Shown: positions 35,571 through 50,264, numbered from the stretch's first letter. The stretch: 64,000 nucleotides of DNA from Octopus sinensis (GCF_006345805.1 NC_043007.1:9734001-9798000); one strand, 5' to 3'. Numbers and translations are program-made. The notes: generated by a model from the sequence alone, not told the origin.

Positions 35571-35974
35571 TGTGAGGTAGGTAGGTAGGTAGGTAGGTAT
35601 GTAGGTAGGTAGGTAGGTAGGTAGGTGGGTGGGTGGGTTTTCAGGCAGGTGTGCAAATATGTATCCGTGTGTGTATTTATATATATACATACCGAATTTG
35701 ATATCATAAAATGCGTTCAGGCACAAAGATGCGTCCTTGCTTCACCAGCGAACGTTGAAAAAGAATATCCTTTGTGCGCAGTTAGACATAGCAAAAAGTA
35801 TTACGTTTCATCTGGTATCCGGGGTGAATTCATTTTTTTAAAAATCTTTTTTGAGACACATTTTTAGGAAGAAGTTTGTCATATACGTCATTACATACGG
35901 TATGTATGTATGTATGTATGTATGTATGTATGTATGTATGTATGTATGTATGTATTTATGTATGTATGTATGTA

Positions 35975-36710
35975 TGCATGTATGTATGTCTCTTCTATTT
36001 TTTAATTATTATTAATCTTCCACTGAGGAGGGAGCCGGTTTCCAACAAAGATACAAGGCTCCATCTTTGGGATGTAGTTAACACAGACAAATTCTCGTTT
36101 GGAACTTGAGAAAAGTCTTGCATATTTTTACTGTTCCACTCACAGATTGCACTTGTAATATACGAATTAGCCGGTCGATTTCTCTTTCTGAAAATCCCAC
36201 TTTATCCAGATTCTCCTTTAAGCATTTACTAACAAAACCTAGTGCTCCAATTATTATTGCTATAAATATGAATTCCTAGTCTGCATATAGAAGCTAGAGG
36301 TTTCGAAGCAGTTGTCCATAGATATCCTCTTTTTCTTTGATTTGCAAAGAGATATTTATATCCGCAGGGCAGCTGACTTCTATGATGGTACATACCTTTG
36401 CCCCTCTGTTCCAAACAACAATATCCGGCCTATGTTTACATTTGACAGAAGTTTTGATAGGAATATTCCACCAGTATTCTTTGAGTTGGTATCTATGAAT
36501 GTATTCCATAATAGAGGGATTTTCTAAGTTTATTTCAGGGCAGTCATTTTTACGGATGGCATTGTAAACGGTTTTAGCGACAACATTTTGCCGCATAGAG
36601 AGGTAGTACCGTGACGACATTTTAAGACAGCTGCTAATCACATGCATGATATCTTCCACAGAAACATGACACAGCTGCTAATCACATGCTTAATATCTTC
36701 CACAGAAACA
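35975..36710 (-). mobile_element. R4/Dong-type LINE 3' fragment, second subfamily, ending at (TATG)n
   Basis: EDIMHVISSC, KCKHRPDIVVWNRGAKVCTIIEVSCPAD. Confidence 0.85.
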
Positions 36711-36739
36711 TGACATAGCCTACACGTGCGGTTGCACCT

Positions 36740-37570
36740 TGGCGCAGATTTGTATGTTTTATGTATGTATTCCCATGCATAAAGTTGCATCTGACCCTCT
36801 CACACCTACCTCCTCCCACCCACCTATCCTCTCTTGCTCCGACTCCTACTTTTCTTCACTCCTGCTCTCCTATTCTCCTCTCTTCACTCCTATCCACCTT
36901 CTCCTTTCCCCATCTCCCTTCACCGTCTCCCCTCCCTCGTAACCCCACCCCTACACAATCCAACCCCACCTTCCCTATCCATCCCATCCCACCCCCAACC
37001 CATCCCTTACACCCACTCCCACATACCCCACCCTCAGCCTAACCCACACCCCACCCTTGCTCTCCCCACTCTCGCTTCTCCCACATCCCAATACCATCAC
37101 ACCACACCACACACCAACACACCATACACCACCATACCACACAATACCATATCACATCACATCACACCACCACGCACACACTAGCACTCACCACTTCCCA
37201 GCCCCACACCATCATCCACACACCTACACATACACGCACGCACACGTCATGGTCACCAGCCCTCTTCCACACGCATATACATGCTCTCTTATACACACGC
37301 ACGCGCACCTTCATTTTGGGATCACCACTACTTTATTATCTCCCCTTCTTCCTAGCTCTCCTGTGTGACCACTCTGTCCGGCATTCGCCATGATAGATCG
37401 CTAGCCACTACGCATTCTTTATTTTCTCTCCTTGTTTCTTTCTGTGTTCTTTTCTGTGGAAGAGCATAGGCTCGAAATGTTAAAGACTTTTTCACTTCCC
37501 GAGCGTTAAACTAATACATCTGTTTGTTGTCTACACCACCTGTCTTCGTCTTTTTTCTTGTGAATTCTTC
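36740..37570 (+). mobile_element. Penelope-like remnant ending in a variant hammerhead (37450-37485)
   Basis: CTTT..CTGTGGA-A-GAGC-ATAG-GCTC-GAAAT-GTT-AAAG after a CA-rich tract. Confidence 0.55.
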
Positions 37571-37576
37571 CCCTAT

Positions 37577-38915
37577 TTAAATGATAAACTTCTGGAAAGT
37601 TTTACAGATTTTTACAGTTCCAGTGATGGGTTGGATCTGTAGTCTTCGAATTAGCTTTCTCCTTTCTGATTGTGAGAAGCCTAATTTCTCGATGTTGCTA
37701 TTTAGGCAGGTTGTTATATATCCCAGGGTTCCAATAGTTACAGGTATAAACCTGAACTTGTAATCTGTATAGAATAACTGCAGATTTCTCAATAGTTCAG
37801 CATAGGTGTTCACTTTTTCCCTGATCTTCAGCTTTATGTTGACATCTGCTGGGCAGCTAATTTCCACAACTGTGCACAGTTTCTCAAGTCTGTTGTGCTT
37901 ACATTTTATTGAAGTCTTCACTGGTATATTCCACCAGTATTCCTTTTTTATTATGAGTGGCTATGGCTTCTACCATATTGTGGGTTCTAAATTCTTTGTC
38001 CTCGAGATCATCCTTCAGACGGATTTCATTTTAGAGTGTCCTAGCTACAACGTCATGTCTCATCGGTAAATAAATCCATGATGACATTTTCGGACAACTG
38101 CTTATGATGTGGGTGATATCTTCAGTGTGAACTCCACGAAGTCTGCATCGGTTGTCACATTTTAAAGGCTTTTCCTACATCTCTATCCTTTTTGTGCATC
38201 AGGTACTTGGTTGATATTTCCTGTTCCTGGATTGCAAACGCATACCTTTCAAAGTGGGGGTAGTAATCCGGCTATTAGTCCATGATAAACTGCTTCGATG
38301 TTACTATCATCTCGGAGCTTTCTACTAACATATCCATGCATAGTCTTCTGCTCATATAAGCTCATCCTTTCATCTGATGATACGTTGCGGTAGAGTCGTG
38401 CGACTTCTTTGGGCATGCATTATAGGTTATCAGACACAGAGTGTTGCCTTTCAAGTCTTATGATGTTATCAGGCTCATGTATGCAAACTTGGTCAAGGGA
38501 TGCACTTCGACACTTGATGGGTAAAAGATGTTAAAAGGGATATGATGCGACATTCAAAGACATTTTGGATCAATGTTAAGCCTCTGCTGCCTTGTTTTCA
38601 TTTTAGGTTGAGGCGGTCTACGCCACTGTTTATGTGAAAATTATGTTTGCTTGTTAGTATTTTTCGGGTTTTCACATCAATGGCTCGGATCTCATCAAGC
38701 GTCCAATTCGAGCCACGTTTGTAGAAAGGAGCTGTGCAGCAGAAACATGCATTGGTCATTTTGACCAAATATGTTTCATGGCCAACTGTAAAATGAAAAC
38801 AAAGATCTGAAGATGCACCAGTTTCTGTATTCTCTGCAATTCTTTGGAATTTACACTCCCAAAAATATTCATGATTCGGAGAAGCGAACCCTGATTTACC
38901 CATCAGAAGAATCAC
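37577..38915 (-). mobile_element. R4/Dong-type LINE, RT C-terminus to RLE, pseudogenised
   Basis: WTLDEIRAIDVKTRKILT, CRLRGVHTEDITHIISSCPKM (CCHC-like), VVEISCPADVNI. Confidence 0.88.
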
Positions 38916-38932
38916 AGTGCATTGCTAGAAAT

Positions 38933-39244
38933 GTGGAGGCGCAACGGACCAGTGGTTAGGGCAGCAGACTCGCGGTCGGAGGATCACAGTTTCAATTCCC
39001 AGACCGGGCGTTGTGTGTGTTTATTGAGCGAAAACACCTAAAAGCTCCACGAGGCTCCGGCAGGGGTTGGTGGTGACCCCTGTTGTACTCTTTCGCTACA
39101 ACTTTCTCTCACTCTCGCTTCCTGTTTCTTGAGTAACGCTGCGATGGACTGGCGTCCCGTCCAGATGGGGGGGGACACATACGCCACAGAAACCGGAAAA
39201 CTAGGCCCATGAGCCAGGCTAGGCTTGAAAAGGGCGAGAAAAAA
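38933..39244 (+). mobile_element. SINE family C
   Basis: TSD ATTGCTAGAAAT on both sides; GATGGACTGGCGTCCCGTCCAG core. Confidence 0.9.
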
Positions 39245-39935
39245 AATTGCTAGAAATAAGAGTGAAAACAAGTCAATAGCCACGGAAAACACTATCTTAA
39301 TGATTGACAAGAGAGGCAAGCTCCCTAAAGCAATGGACTTAGCCAGATTATCGATGATCTAGCAATATTGGGGCTAATTAGTGCCCTTTTGTCACTTTAG
39401 TGATGTATATGTTTCTGCCTCCCTTTAGTATTTAAACCGGCCATATCCGGCCAAAATAGTTAATCTGTTTTATGTTCAAACTGACCAGATCCAGGCTCTC
39501 ACACCTACCCTACAATGTTATTCTACATTAAGTAATTACACCATCAAGATCTTGAAGATATGAGATAATGCATGATTAATTCAAATCAATGTGAATCAAT
39601 AAGCATTATGTTTGATAGAATAATCTGAACACTAAAGGGTTAAGTTGCAAAATAGCGAATTAGCCACCAATATTATTTACAATTTTCACTTTTATCGTTT
39701 ATGAAATCAGCGCGTGATTTCAACGGAAATCTTATAAGCTGACAAGGCGAGCTGCATTTTAACCCTAGGTGCGATGAAAGCCACCGATAGCATCAATATA
39801 GGTTATGCATCAAAATGCGAAATCATCGATGATCTGGCTATATTTGTTGCCGTAGGGAGCTTGCCTCCCTTGTCAATCATTAAGATAGTGCTTCTGGCGA
39901 TGAGTTGTTTTGACTCTTATTTCTAGCAATACTGG
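39245..39935. repeat. Inverted-repeat element (~115-bp arms) with degenerate hammerhead, probably Penelope-derived
   Basis: 39245-39360 matches the reverse complement of 39822-39935 (diverged). Confidence 0.65.
39421..39639. mobile_element. piggyBac-like MITE
   Basis: TIR CCCTTTAGT / ACTAAAGGG; TTAA on the right only. Confidence 0.55.
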
Positions 39936-40009
39936 TCACTTTAGTGAAGTATATATTTCTGCATTTAGGTGATAAAATTGTGAATAAGCCACCTATATTA
40001 TTTGTGTGT

Positions 40010-40160
40010 GGATTCCGCCGAGGTCGACTTTGCTTTTCATCCTTTCGGGGTCGATAAATTAAGTATCAGTTACGCACTGGGGTCGATGTAATCGACTTAA
40101 TCCCTTTGTCTGTCCTTGTTTGTCCCCTCTATGTTTAGCCCCTTGTGGGCAATAAAGAAA
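40010..40160 (+). mobile_element. SINE family B, headless
   Basis: TTCCGCCGAGGTCGAC through AATAAAGAAATA. Confidence 0.85.
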
Positions 40161-40289
40161 TATATATTATTTGTGTTGGGTGCGTGTATGTGTGTGTGTG
40201 CGTGTATGTATGTATGTTTGTATGTATGTACGTATGTATGCATTTATATAAATATGTATGGATATATACATACATACATTTACGCATGT

Positions 40290-40660
40290 ATGCATGTATG
40301 TTATTATTCAGTTTTATTTCAAGATTTCTTGCCAATAGAGAAAGAGTCGGTTTCCTACCTAGATTCAGGGTTCCTTCATTGGAATTTCAACAACATCAGC
40401 AGGGTATTTTTGCATGTATGTATGTATGTATGTGTAGTATTTGGAGTCAGTGAACGCGAAGATTCGTATGTTTTGTTTTATGTATGTATTCTCATGCATA
40501 TAGTTATGTGTCTAGACATACTCAAATATACATAGATGATAAACTTCTGGAAGGTAATACAAATTTTTACATTTCGAGTGATAGATTCGATCTGTAGTCT
40601 TCGAAACAGCTTTCTCTTTTCTGGTTTTGAGAAGCCTAATTTCTCAATATGAGTATTTAG
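40290..40660 (-). mobile_element. R4/Dong-type LINE 3' end ((CATA)n-ending family)
   Basis: Reverse complement of 5200-5570. Confidence 0.85.
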
Positions 40661-40775
40661 GCAGTGTGTTACATACTGGCGTAATTATTGGAGTATTTTT
40701 TCATGAACGAGTATTTCGAGTCAGTGTCATATGCAGATTTGTATATTATATTTTATGTATGTATTTCATGCGTAT

Positions 40776-41950
40776 GGCTGTGTGGTAAAAAGCTTGCTTA
40801 TGAACCACATGGTTCCTGGTTCAGTCCCAATGCGTGGCACCGTGGCACCTTGGGCGAGTGTCTTCTACTATAGCTTCGGGCCGACCAAAGCCTTGTGAGT
40901 GGATTTGGTAGACGGAAACTGAAAGAAGCCCGTCGAATATATGTATATATATGTATATATATGTGTGTGTATATATATATGAGTGGCTGTGTGGTAAGTA
41001 GCTTGCTTACGAACAACATGGTTCCAGGTTCAGTCCCATTGCATGGCACCGTGGGCAAGTGTCTTCTACTATAGCCTCGGGCTGACCAAACCATTGTGAA
41101 TGGATTTGGTAGACGGAAACTGAAAGAAGCCCGTCATATATATATATATATATATATAAATGGCGGTGCCCCAGCATGGCCACAGCTCATAAGCTGAAAC
41201 TGGAAAAATCAAAAATCAAAAAGATCAAAATCATATAAATATATATGTGTGTGTATGTTTGTGTGTCTGTGTTGTCCACCCCCTCCCCAAACATCGCTTG
41301 ACAGCCGATGTTGGTGTGTTTACGTCCCCGTAACTTAGCGGTTCGGCAAAAAGGCCGACCGATAGAATAAGTACAAGGCTTGCAAAGAATAAGTCCCGGG
41401 GTCGATTTGCTCGACTAAAAAAAGGCGGTGCTCCAGCATGGCCACAGTCAAATGACTGAAACGAGTAAAAGAGTAAAAGAATAAAACCTGAACGTGTAAT
41501 CTTGGTTGAGTAACTGTAGATTTCTCAATAGTTCAGCGCTGGTTTTTTTTTCGCTGATCTTTAGCTATAAGTAGCTTGCTCACCAACCACATGGTTCCGG
41601 GTTCAGTCCCACTGCGTGGCACCTTGGGCAAGTGTCTTCTACTATAGCCTCGGGCCGACCAAAGCCCTGTGAGTGGATTTGGTAGACGGAAACTGAAAGA
41701 AGCCTATCGTATATATGTGTATATATATATGCGTGTGTGTGTTTGTGTGTCTGTTTGTCCCCCTTGCATTGCTTGACAACCGATGCTGGTGTGTTTATGT
41801 CCCCGTTATTTAGCGGTTCGGCAAAAGAGACCGATAGAATAAGTACTGGGCTTACAAAAGAATAAGTCCCGGGATCGAGTTGCTTGATTAAAGGCGGTGC
41901 TCCAGCATGGCCGCAGTCAAAATGACTGAAACAAGTAAAAGAGTAAAAGA
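40776..41950 (+). mobile_element. Cluster of SINE family A copies and heads (40776-40940, 40980-41475, 41575-41950)
   Basis: Three heads and two complete tails. Confidence 0.85.
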
Positions 41951-41997
41951 GTAAGAGTATGTATGTATGTATGTATGTATGTATGTATGTATGTATG

Positions 41998-42029
<32 letters not shown>

Positions 42030-42274
42030 TGTATGTATATATGTATGTATGTATGAATGCATTAATGGTTGTATTTATGCAATTGAGTATGCACAGTTGT
42101 ACCTCAGTTTTCAAGTACCCAGTTGGCATACTTTCATTTCACAATGACGCAATTTTTTTGCATCGTAATTTTTTTCTTTCCATTATAAAAAGAAAATCTG
42201 TTTCGTCATTTCTGTTTTGGTTTCTTTCATTTACCTTCACCTCATTTAACTTTCTATTATATACATGGATACAT

Positions 42275-42403
<129 letters not shown>

Positions 42404-42518
42404 TAGATATTGATATAGATATTTATATATAACTTTCTATTATTTACATACATACATCCACACATACATACATATATGTGTATATATATATATATATATA
42501 CACTCCCATATATATATA

Positions 42519-42562
<44 letters not shown>

Positions 42563-42683
42563 ATATATATAGATATAGATATATATATATGTATGTATGT
42601 ATACATATATATAATATATATATGTGTACATGTCTATATGCACACGCATGCATACATGGTTGTGGGTGTGGCTATGTACATAT

Positions 42684-42760
<77 letters not shown>

Positions 42761-43009
42761 CAGACAAACAGGCAGATATATGTATATTAGTAGTTGCTCG
42801 ACTATATAGTAGCGACAATCACTGTCTAATCCCAACAACATTTACCATCTCTCCGCTTATGAATTACGCCATGAAGAAAAGACAAATTAAAACGTTCGTA
42901 ACATTAACGGAAGAGCTGGGTACGCCAGATATTGGTTATGTATAACCTAATATATCTAGTTTAGGGTCCCTCTTTTCGGATTTTCTATAGGGGTTTACTT
43001 ACTTAGCCT

Positions 43010-43016
43010 ATATACA

Positions 43017-43054
<38 letters not shown>

Positions 43055-43316
43055 TGTGTGTGTGCGCGTGTGTGTGACCGCGCGTGTGTGTGTGACCACG
43101 TGTGTGTGTGTCTGACCGCATGTGTATCATTGGCGATTTTCTTTCTCCGTCTTCCCTTCCTTGGACTTTTTCTTTTTTTCTTTTTGTATATTTCTGACGA
43201 AGAGCTCCGCTCGGAACGTGAAATCCTCCTTCTTTCTTTCCTTTCCTGTGCGTCCAATAACACTATACCTGTTCCACGTCCTCGCGTTGTTGTTTTCGCT
43301 TTGTTCATGTTTGGAG

Positions 43317-43402
<86 letters not shown>

Positions 43403-43832
43403 GCGGTTTTCACCGTTAATACATGGTGTTTGTCAATTTTAACCCACGCTGGTGGAAAGGGGAGAGCAGAAATTCTTCGCTTGCATATTCGAATTTGATA
43501 GCACTTTTAGTTCGAGCAGAATTCTAGAGGTGATTAGAAGCCGAAAGGTATGCTCCCGACTTTCAGTGTTCCCAAATCCGATTCAAGGAATTCTGAGCTG
43601 AAGAAAGAAATGTCGAATTGACTAATCTAGAAACGTACGTTCTCAAATAACCTTTGCACTTGATTTTTTAATGTTTTTTCCCCCATACTTTTGTGAGTTG
43701 GTTTAGGCAAACACTATCTGAGAGAGATCTTCTTAAGTATTAGAAATAGCTGAAGAAATTTCTTTAGCTGCTATTTCTAATGAGTTCAGTATGTGGCAAA
43801 GTAATTTATTTTACTAAGCCCTTATATATAAT

Positions 43833-43864
<32 letters not shown>

Positions 43865-44242
43865 GAAAAAACACCTTTTATCAATTTATAATGAAATCAT
43901 TAAATTATACCATCTAGAAAAATTACATCTTATAGAAAGATTAAATATAAGATGTAATTTTTCTAAATGGTATAATTTAATATTTTCATTATCAAATGGA
44001 TAAAAGGTGTTTTTTTCTAATTTATATATATATATATTATATATATATATATAATATATTATATATATATATGTAGGTCCCGGGTTGATTCGGGGTTAAC
44101 CACAGTAAATAAGGTACTCAATACATACCAGAGTAAAATTATTTATATATAATATATATATTTATATTATTTTTGTGAAATTTGATTTAGTATTTCTAAA
44201 TTGAATTTTTCCCTCTAAGTTTGGAATAATATTCCCTCATAT

Positions 44243-44274
<32 letters not shown>

Positions 44275-44288
44275 ATATATATATAATA

Positions 44289-44332
<44 letters not shown>

Positions 44333-44608
44333 TATATATACCGGAGTAAACACATAAATGTGAAACAAGGTGGAAAAAAGAGTACTCAAATACCAGTGGT
44401 AGGGTAATATGCTTTATAAAGTATATATATATATATATATGTAGTAACAGAAAAGAGGAATTTCGATTATCCCCACGTGGTCATACGTACATACATACAT
44501 ACATACATACGTGTGTGTTTGTGTGTGTAAAATATATATATATATATATATATTATATAAAAGGGCTTAGTAAAATAAATTACATTATATAAAAGGGCTT
44601 AATTGTTG

Positions 44609-44652
<44 letters not shown>

Positions 44653-44947
44653 GTGTGTGTGTGTGTGTGTGTGTGGTGTGTGTGTGTGTGCGCGTGTGTG
44701 TGACCGCGCGTGTGTGTGTGACCACGTGTGTGTGTGTCTGACCGCATGTGTATCATTGGCGATTTTCTTTCTCCGTCTTCCCTCCCTTCCTTGGACTTTT
44801 TCTTTTTTTCTTTTTGTATATTTCTGACGAAGAGCTCCGCTCGGAACGTGAAATCCTCCTTCTTTCTTTCCTTTCCTGTGCGTCCAATAACACTATACCT
44901 GTTCCACGTCCTCGCGTTGTTGTGTTTTCGCTTTGTTCATGTTGGAG

Positions 44948-45011
<64 letters not shown>

Positions 45012-45475
45012 AATATATATATATATATGTATATATATGCGGTTTTCACCGTTAATACATGGTGTTTGTCAATTTTAACCCACGCTGGTGGAAAGGGGAG
45101 AGCAGAAATTCTTCGCTTGCATATTCGAATTTGATAGCACTTTTAGTTCGAGCAGAATTCTAGAGGTGATTAGAAGCCGAAAGGGTATGCTCCCGACTTT
45201 CAGTGTTCCCAAATCCGATTCAAGGAATTCTGAGCTGAAGAAAGAAATGTCGAATTGACTAATCTAGAAACGTACGTTCTCAAATAACCTTTGCACTTGA
45301 TTTTTTAATGTTTTTTTTCTTTTTCCCCCATACTTTTGGAGTTGGTTTAGGCAAACACTATCTGAGAGAGATCTTCTTAAGTATTAGAATAGCTGAAGAA
45401 ATTTCTTTAGCTGCTATTTCTAATGAGTTCAGTATGTGGCAAAGTAATTTATTTTACTAAGCCCTTATATATAAT

Positions 45476-45507
<32 letters not shown>

Positions 45508-45683
45508 GAAAAAACACCTTTTATCAATTTAATAATGAAATCATTAAATTATACCATCTAGAAAAATTACATCTTATAGAAAGATTAATATAAGATGTAA
45601 TTTTTCTAAATGGTATAATTTAATATTTTCATTATCAAATGGATAAAAGGTGTTTTTTTTCTAATTTATATATATATAATATA

Positions 45684-45715
<32 letters not shown>

Positions 45716-45936
45716 GTAGGTCCCGGGTTGATTCGGGGTTAACCACAGTAAATAAGGTACTCAATACATACCAGAGTAAAATAATTTATATATATAGATA
45801 TATATATATATATATATTTATATTATATTTTGTGAAATTTGATTTAGTATTTCTAAATTGAATTTTTCCCTCTAAGTTTGGAATAATATTCCCTCATATT
45901 ATATATATACATATATATATATATATATAATATATA

Positions 45937-45995
<59 letters not shown>

Positions 45996-46270
45996 GGAGT
46001 AAACACATAAATGTGAAACAAGGTGGAAAAAAGAGTACTCAAATACCAGTGGTAGGGTAATATGCTTTATAAAGTATATATATATATATATATAGTAGTA
46101 ACAGAAAAGAGGAATTTCGATTATCCCACGTGGTCATACGTACATACATACATACATACATACGTGTGTGTTGTGTGTGTAAAATATATATATATATATA
46201 TATTATATAACAAGGGCTTAGTAAAATAAATTACATTTATAAAAGGGCTTATTGTTGAAATTATATATAT
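43010..46270. repeat. Tandem duplication of a ~1.63 kb unit
   Basis: 43010-44635 is repeated at 44636-46270; differences are mostly homopolymer or microsatellite length. Confidence 0.92.
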
Positions 46271-47046
46271 ATATATAATATATTGTTGTGTGTTGTGTGT
46301 GTGTGTGTGTGGTGTGTGTGTGTGTGTATGAAAAAATATATATATAATTTAAAAACCAAGAGTAGAGTGGAGATTTATTCACATCCAAATCTTTCTTTTT
46401 AAAATGTTCTCTACAGCTTATATAACAACAACCAATGTGTGTTTCTACTGCAGTAACTGCATATTGCTCTGTATGCAATTACGCATCCCAGTCGCTGCAA
46501 TGTCATCAAAGGTCAATCACGACATTTTCAAAGGGAACTAATTCAAACAAATTTACCGCCTTGCTACTCAGTTGAAGGTAATAGCGTTATTTTTTAAATC
46601 GAATTGAATTCTGGTCTTATAATCATCTCTACAAGTATAACAGTTGCATCGTGGTTTTAAAATGCTTATTTATATTACACTTAATTTTAGCAATTTTGCT
46701 TACATTTTACTGTATTGAGTACATTATTTATTCAGAAGTATTTCACTTATTTTGGGTTTATACCCTCAATTAATATTATTGTTATTATCATTATAATTAT
46801 ATTTATTAGTATTCTTTGCATAAATATTATTAGTAATCACAATCATTATTTTAACTAGTATAATTACAATACATGGTAAGTTACGTTTATTTAAATCTTT
46901 TAAACGTATATTTTGTCCAGTGTGGAAATCTCATAAACTATTCCTATCTAGTGGATATAAAAGTAAATGGTTAATCTATGGGATGGTCATATTTTGCCAC
47001 TTAAATATACGCATATTTGGTCTTCACTTATTATTATTATTATTAC

Positions 47047-47106
<60 letters not shown>

Positions 47107-47119
47107 TATTATTATTATG

Positions 47120-47158
<39 letters not shown>

Positions 47159-47162
47159 TATT

Positions 47163-47273
47163 ATTCAGTAGTTTTATTTTTATAGCGTGCTTTCACTTCA
47201 CTACCGAGCGCAGCTCTGTGTGCCTTGGGTATGTGCTGTGATTTGTTGTGATGCTCTGATGGTTATTGTATGG

Positions 47274-47310
<37 letters not shown>

Positions 47311-47402
47311 TATTATTATTATTATTACTATTATTATTATTATTATTACTATTATTATTATTGTTATTATTATTATTAGATGCTCTGATGGTTATTGTAT
47401 GG

Positions 47403-47482
<80 letters not shown>

Positions 47483-47600
47483 TAGTTTTATTTTTATAGC
47501 GTGCTTTCACTTCACTACCGAGCGCAGCTCTGTGTGCCTTGGGTATGTGCTGTGATTTGTTGTGATGCTCTGATGGTTATTGTATGGAAAGTGTTATTTT
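47163..47600 (-). mobile_element. Short LINE 3'-UTR-like pieces embedded in (TTA)n, duplicated
   Basis: ~120-bp block at 47163-47285 and 47477-47600, partial at 47378-47410; Dong-type 3' UTR assignment from recall. Confidence 0.6.
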
Positions 47601-48003
47601 TATTATTATTATTATTATTAAATTATCTATTATTATTATTATTATTAATTATTATTATTATTATTTTACTATATTATTATTGTTATTATTATTATTATTA
47701 CTATTCTATTACTATTATTATTATTATATTATTATTGTTGTTGTTATGTTATTATTATTATTATTATTGCAGTATATTATTATTATATTATTATTATTAT
47801 TATTATTATTTATTATTATTATCATTATTATTTAGATTATATAGGAATGGGGTAACTCCTCCAGAAGTTATAGAGAAATAAATAGAAGAGAGCCATAGTT
47901 ATCATGTGAAATTGGTTGAACAATATTTCGGGACTCTTCTATTTATTTATTATTGTTGTCGTTGCTGCTGCTACTGCTGCTGCTGCTGTTGTTGTTGTTG
48001 TTG

Positions 48004-48035
<32 letters not shown>

Positions 48036-48257
48036 TATTATTATTATTATTATTATTTTATCAGTTTATTTCTCAGAATTCTTTCGTCACATGTTCTGTG
48101 ACCTCTTCAACGGCCTTCTATTCCACGTGTCTCGTCTTGTCCTTCTTGTTCCATTTTGTCTTTCAGTGGCATGTATCCGTATCTGCGCAAGCGTTTGCAT
48201 CTGTATCTGTGTGTGTGTGTGTGTGTGGTGGTGTATGTGTGTGTATGCGTATGTGTA

Positions 48258-48293
<36 letters not shown>

Positions 48294-48846
48294 GTGTATG
48301 TGTGTTTTGTGTGCGTGTATAGAGGTTTGCGAATAACACTATTTGTACTCATGTATATCATTTATCTATTTTCTTCTTTATTTTGCCTTTAGTATGTGTA
48401 TGAATGTCTAGTGTGTGTTTATATGGGTGTATCACTCTGTGTTTGTGTCCTTTTTTCATCTTCTCATTCTGTCTTTATTCGTGTGATTGCGTAGTGTGTA
48501 GGAGTGGGAAGTGTTAGTATTTCATTCATGCTTTCTGTTGAGGCCCGGTCTATGTCCTACTATGTGTGTGACCTCCGTAATCTTTCTGAGAGTCCTGTAT
48601 GTTCTATACGCTGATAATATCTTAATATACATCTGTAATTATATCATTGTAGATAGATAGATAAGTTTCTTTATTGGCCACACAGGGCTGCACACAGATG
48701 GGACAAGTTACAAGGTAGAGCCTTTCTTTTGAGGGATGAAAAAAACAAAAAACAAAAGAAACAAAAAAAGGGGGTGGCGTAGGTTCTCGATCAAGAGGGA
48801 TCGTAAAAGGGAAGAAAAGAACAAAAAAAATAAATAAATAAATAAA

Positions 48847-48932
<86 letters not shown>

Positions 48933-49249
48933 TATTTTTACAAAGTAGAGTATGGTAGTGACTCACAATGGGGTTGTTGTGATCCCGGTCACTCATAATT
49001 CATGGACACTGGGAACCCGATACTGCGAGTCCTAGGACTCGAGGCGTTAACGTCAAGTGGTTGATGATGATGATGATGATGATGATGATAGTGGTGGTGG
49101 TGGTGGTGGTGGTGGTGGTGGTGGTGGTGGTGATGGCGGTGGTGGTGGTGGTGGTGGTGGTGGTGGTGGTGACAACGACTATGACGATGATGATATATCT
49201 GATACATTGGTCCGTAAGAGGTGAAAGGTAAACATACGAGCAACCACAA

Positions 49250-49840
49250 ACACTGTTTAACTCAGTACACACCCACCTTCATGCAAACTCCCACACCCAC
49301 ACACATTGCTTAACTCAGTACACACACCACACACCCTCAAGCACACTCCTACACCCATACAAGCACCTAATACCTGAACACAGACAATACATATACACAT
49401 ACGCAACACGCATAGTTAAAGGTCAAATCTCGCCCACAAACATACGTTACACACATACACACTATTTGGTCACACACACACATACACGTCAGACTCACTC
49501 GCCCCATTTCACACTTACACACTTACACACACCTTTCTCACATACGCATACGCTCGCGCACCTTAGTTCGTTGGGATCACCATTATTATGTCCCTTTCAT
49601 TCAACCTCTTTATTATTATTATTATCTCCTTTTCATTGAGTCTCTTCTTTTCTGGTCATCCTGCCATGGCGGACCGCTGAACTCTACGCAGTTTTTCTCT
49701 CTCTGTGTTTTTTCCTCTTATTCCTTTCTGTCGAAGATCGTAGGCTCAAAACGTAAAAGACTTTTCCATTTTCCTGAGCACCAAACTAATACACTTGCAT
49801 GTTGTTCCTACACGTCTTCGTCTTTTGCTTTTTTGTAAAT
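49250..49840 (+). mobile_element. Penelope-like remnant with decayed variant hammerhead (49724-49760)
   Basis: CTTT-CTGTCGA-AGATCGTAGGCTC-AAAAC-GTA-AAAG; family of 37430-37570. Confidence 0.5.
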
Positions 49841-49845
49841 TTGAT

Positions 49846-49885
<40 letters not shown>

Positions 49886-49917
49886 TGTAGGTCCCGGTTG
49901 ATTCGGGGTTAACCACA

Positions 49918-49956
<39 letters not shown>

Positions 49957-49957
49957 C

Positions 49958-49990
<33 letters not shown>

Positions 49991-50230
49991 CACATATATA
50001 TATACATATATATACACATATATATATACATTTATATATATATATATATATATTAATATATATATATTTATATAATTATATATATATATATATATTTATA
50101 CACATATATATATACATATATATATACACATTATATACACATATATATATACATTTTATTATATATATATATATATATATATAGATCAAATTTACAAAAA
50201 AGCAAAAGACGAAGACGTCATATTTACAGG

Positions 50231-50264
<34 letters not shown>

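Noticed and set aside
46490-46578. + strand exon ending at GAAG|GTAATA
   Set aside because: The strong upstream acceptor gives stops in all frames; the alternative acceptor lacks a pyrimidine tract
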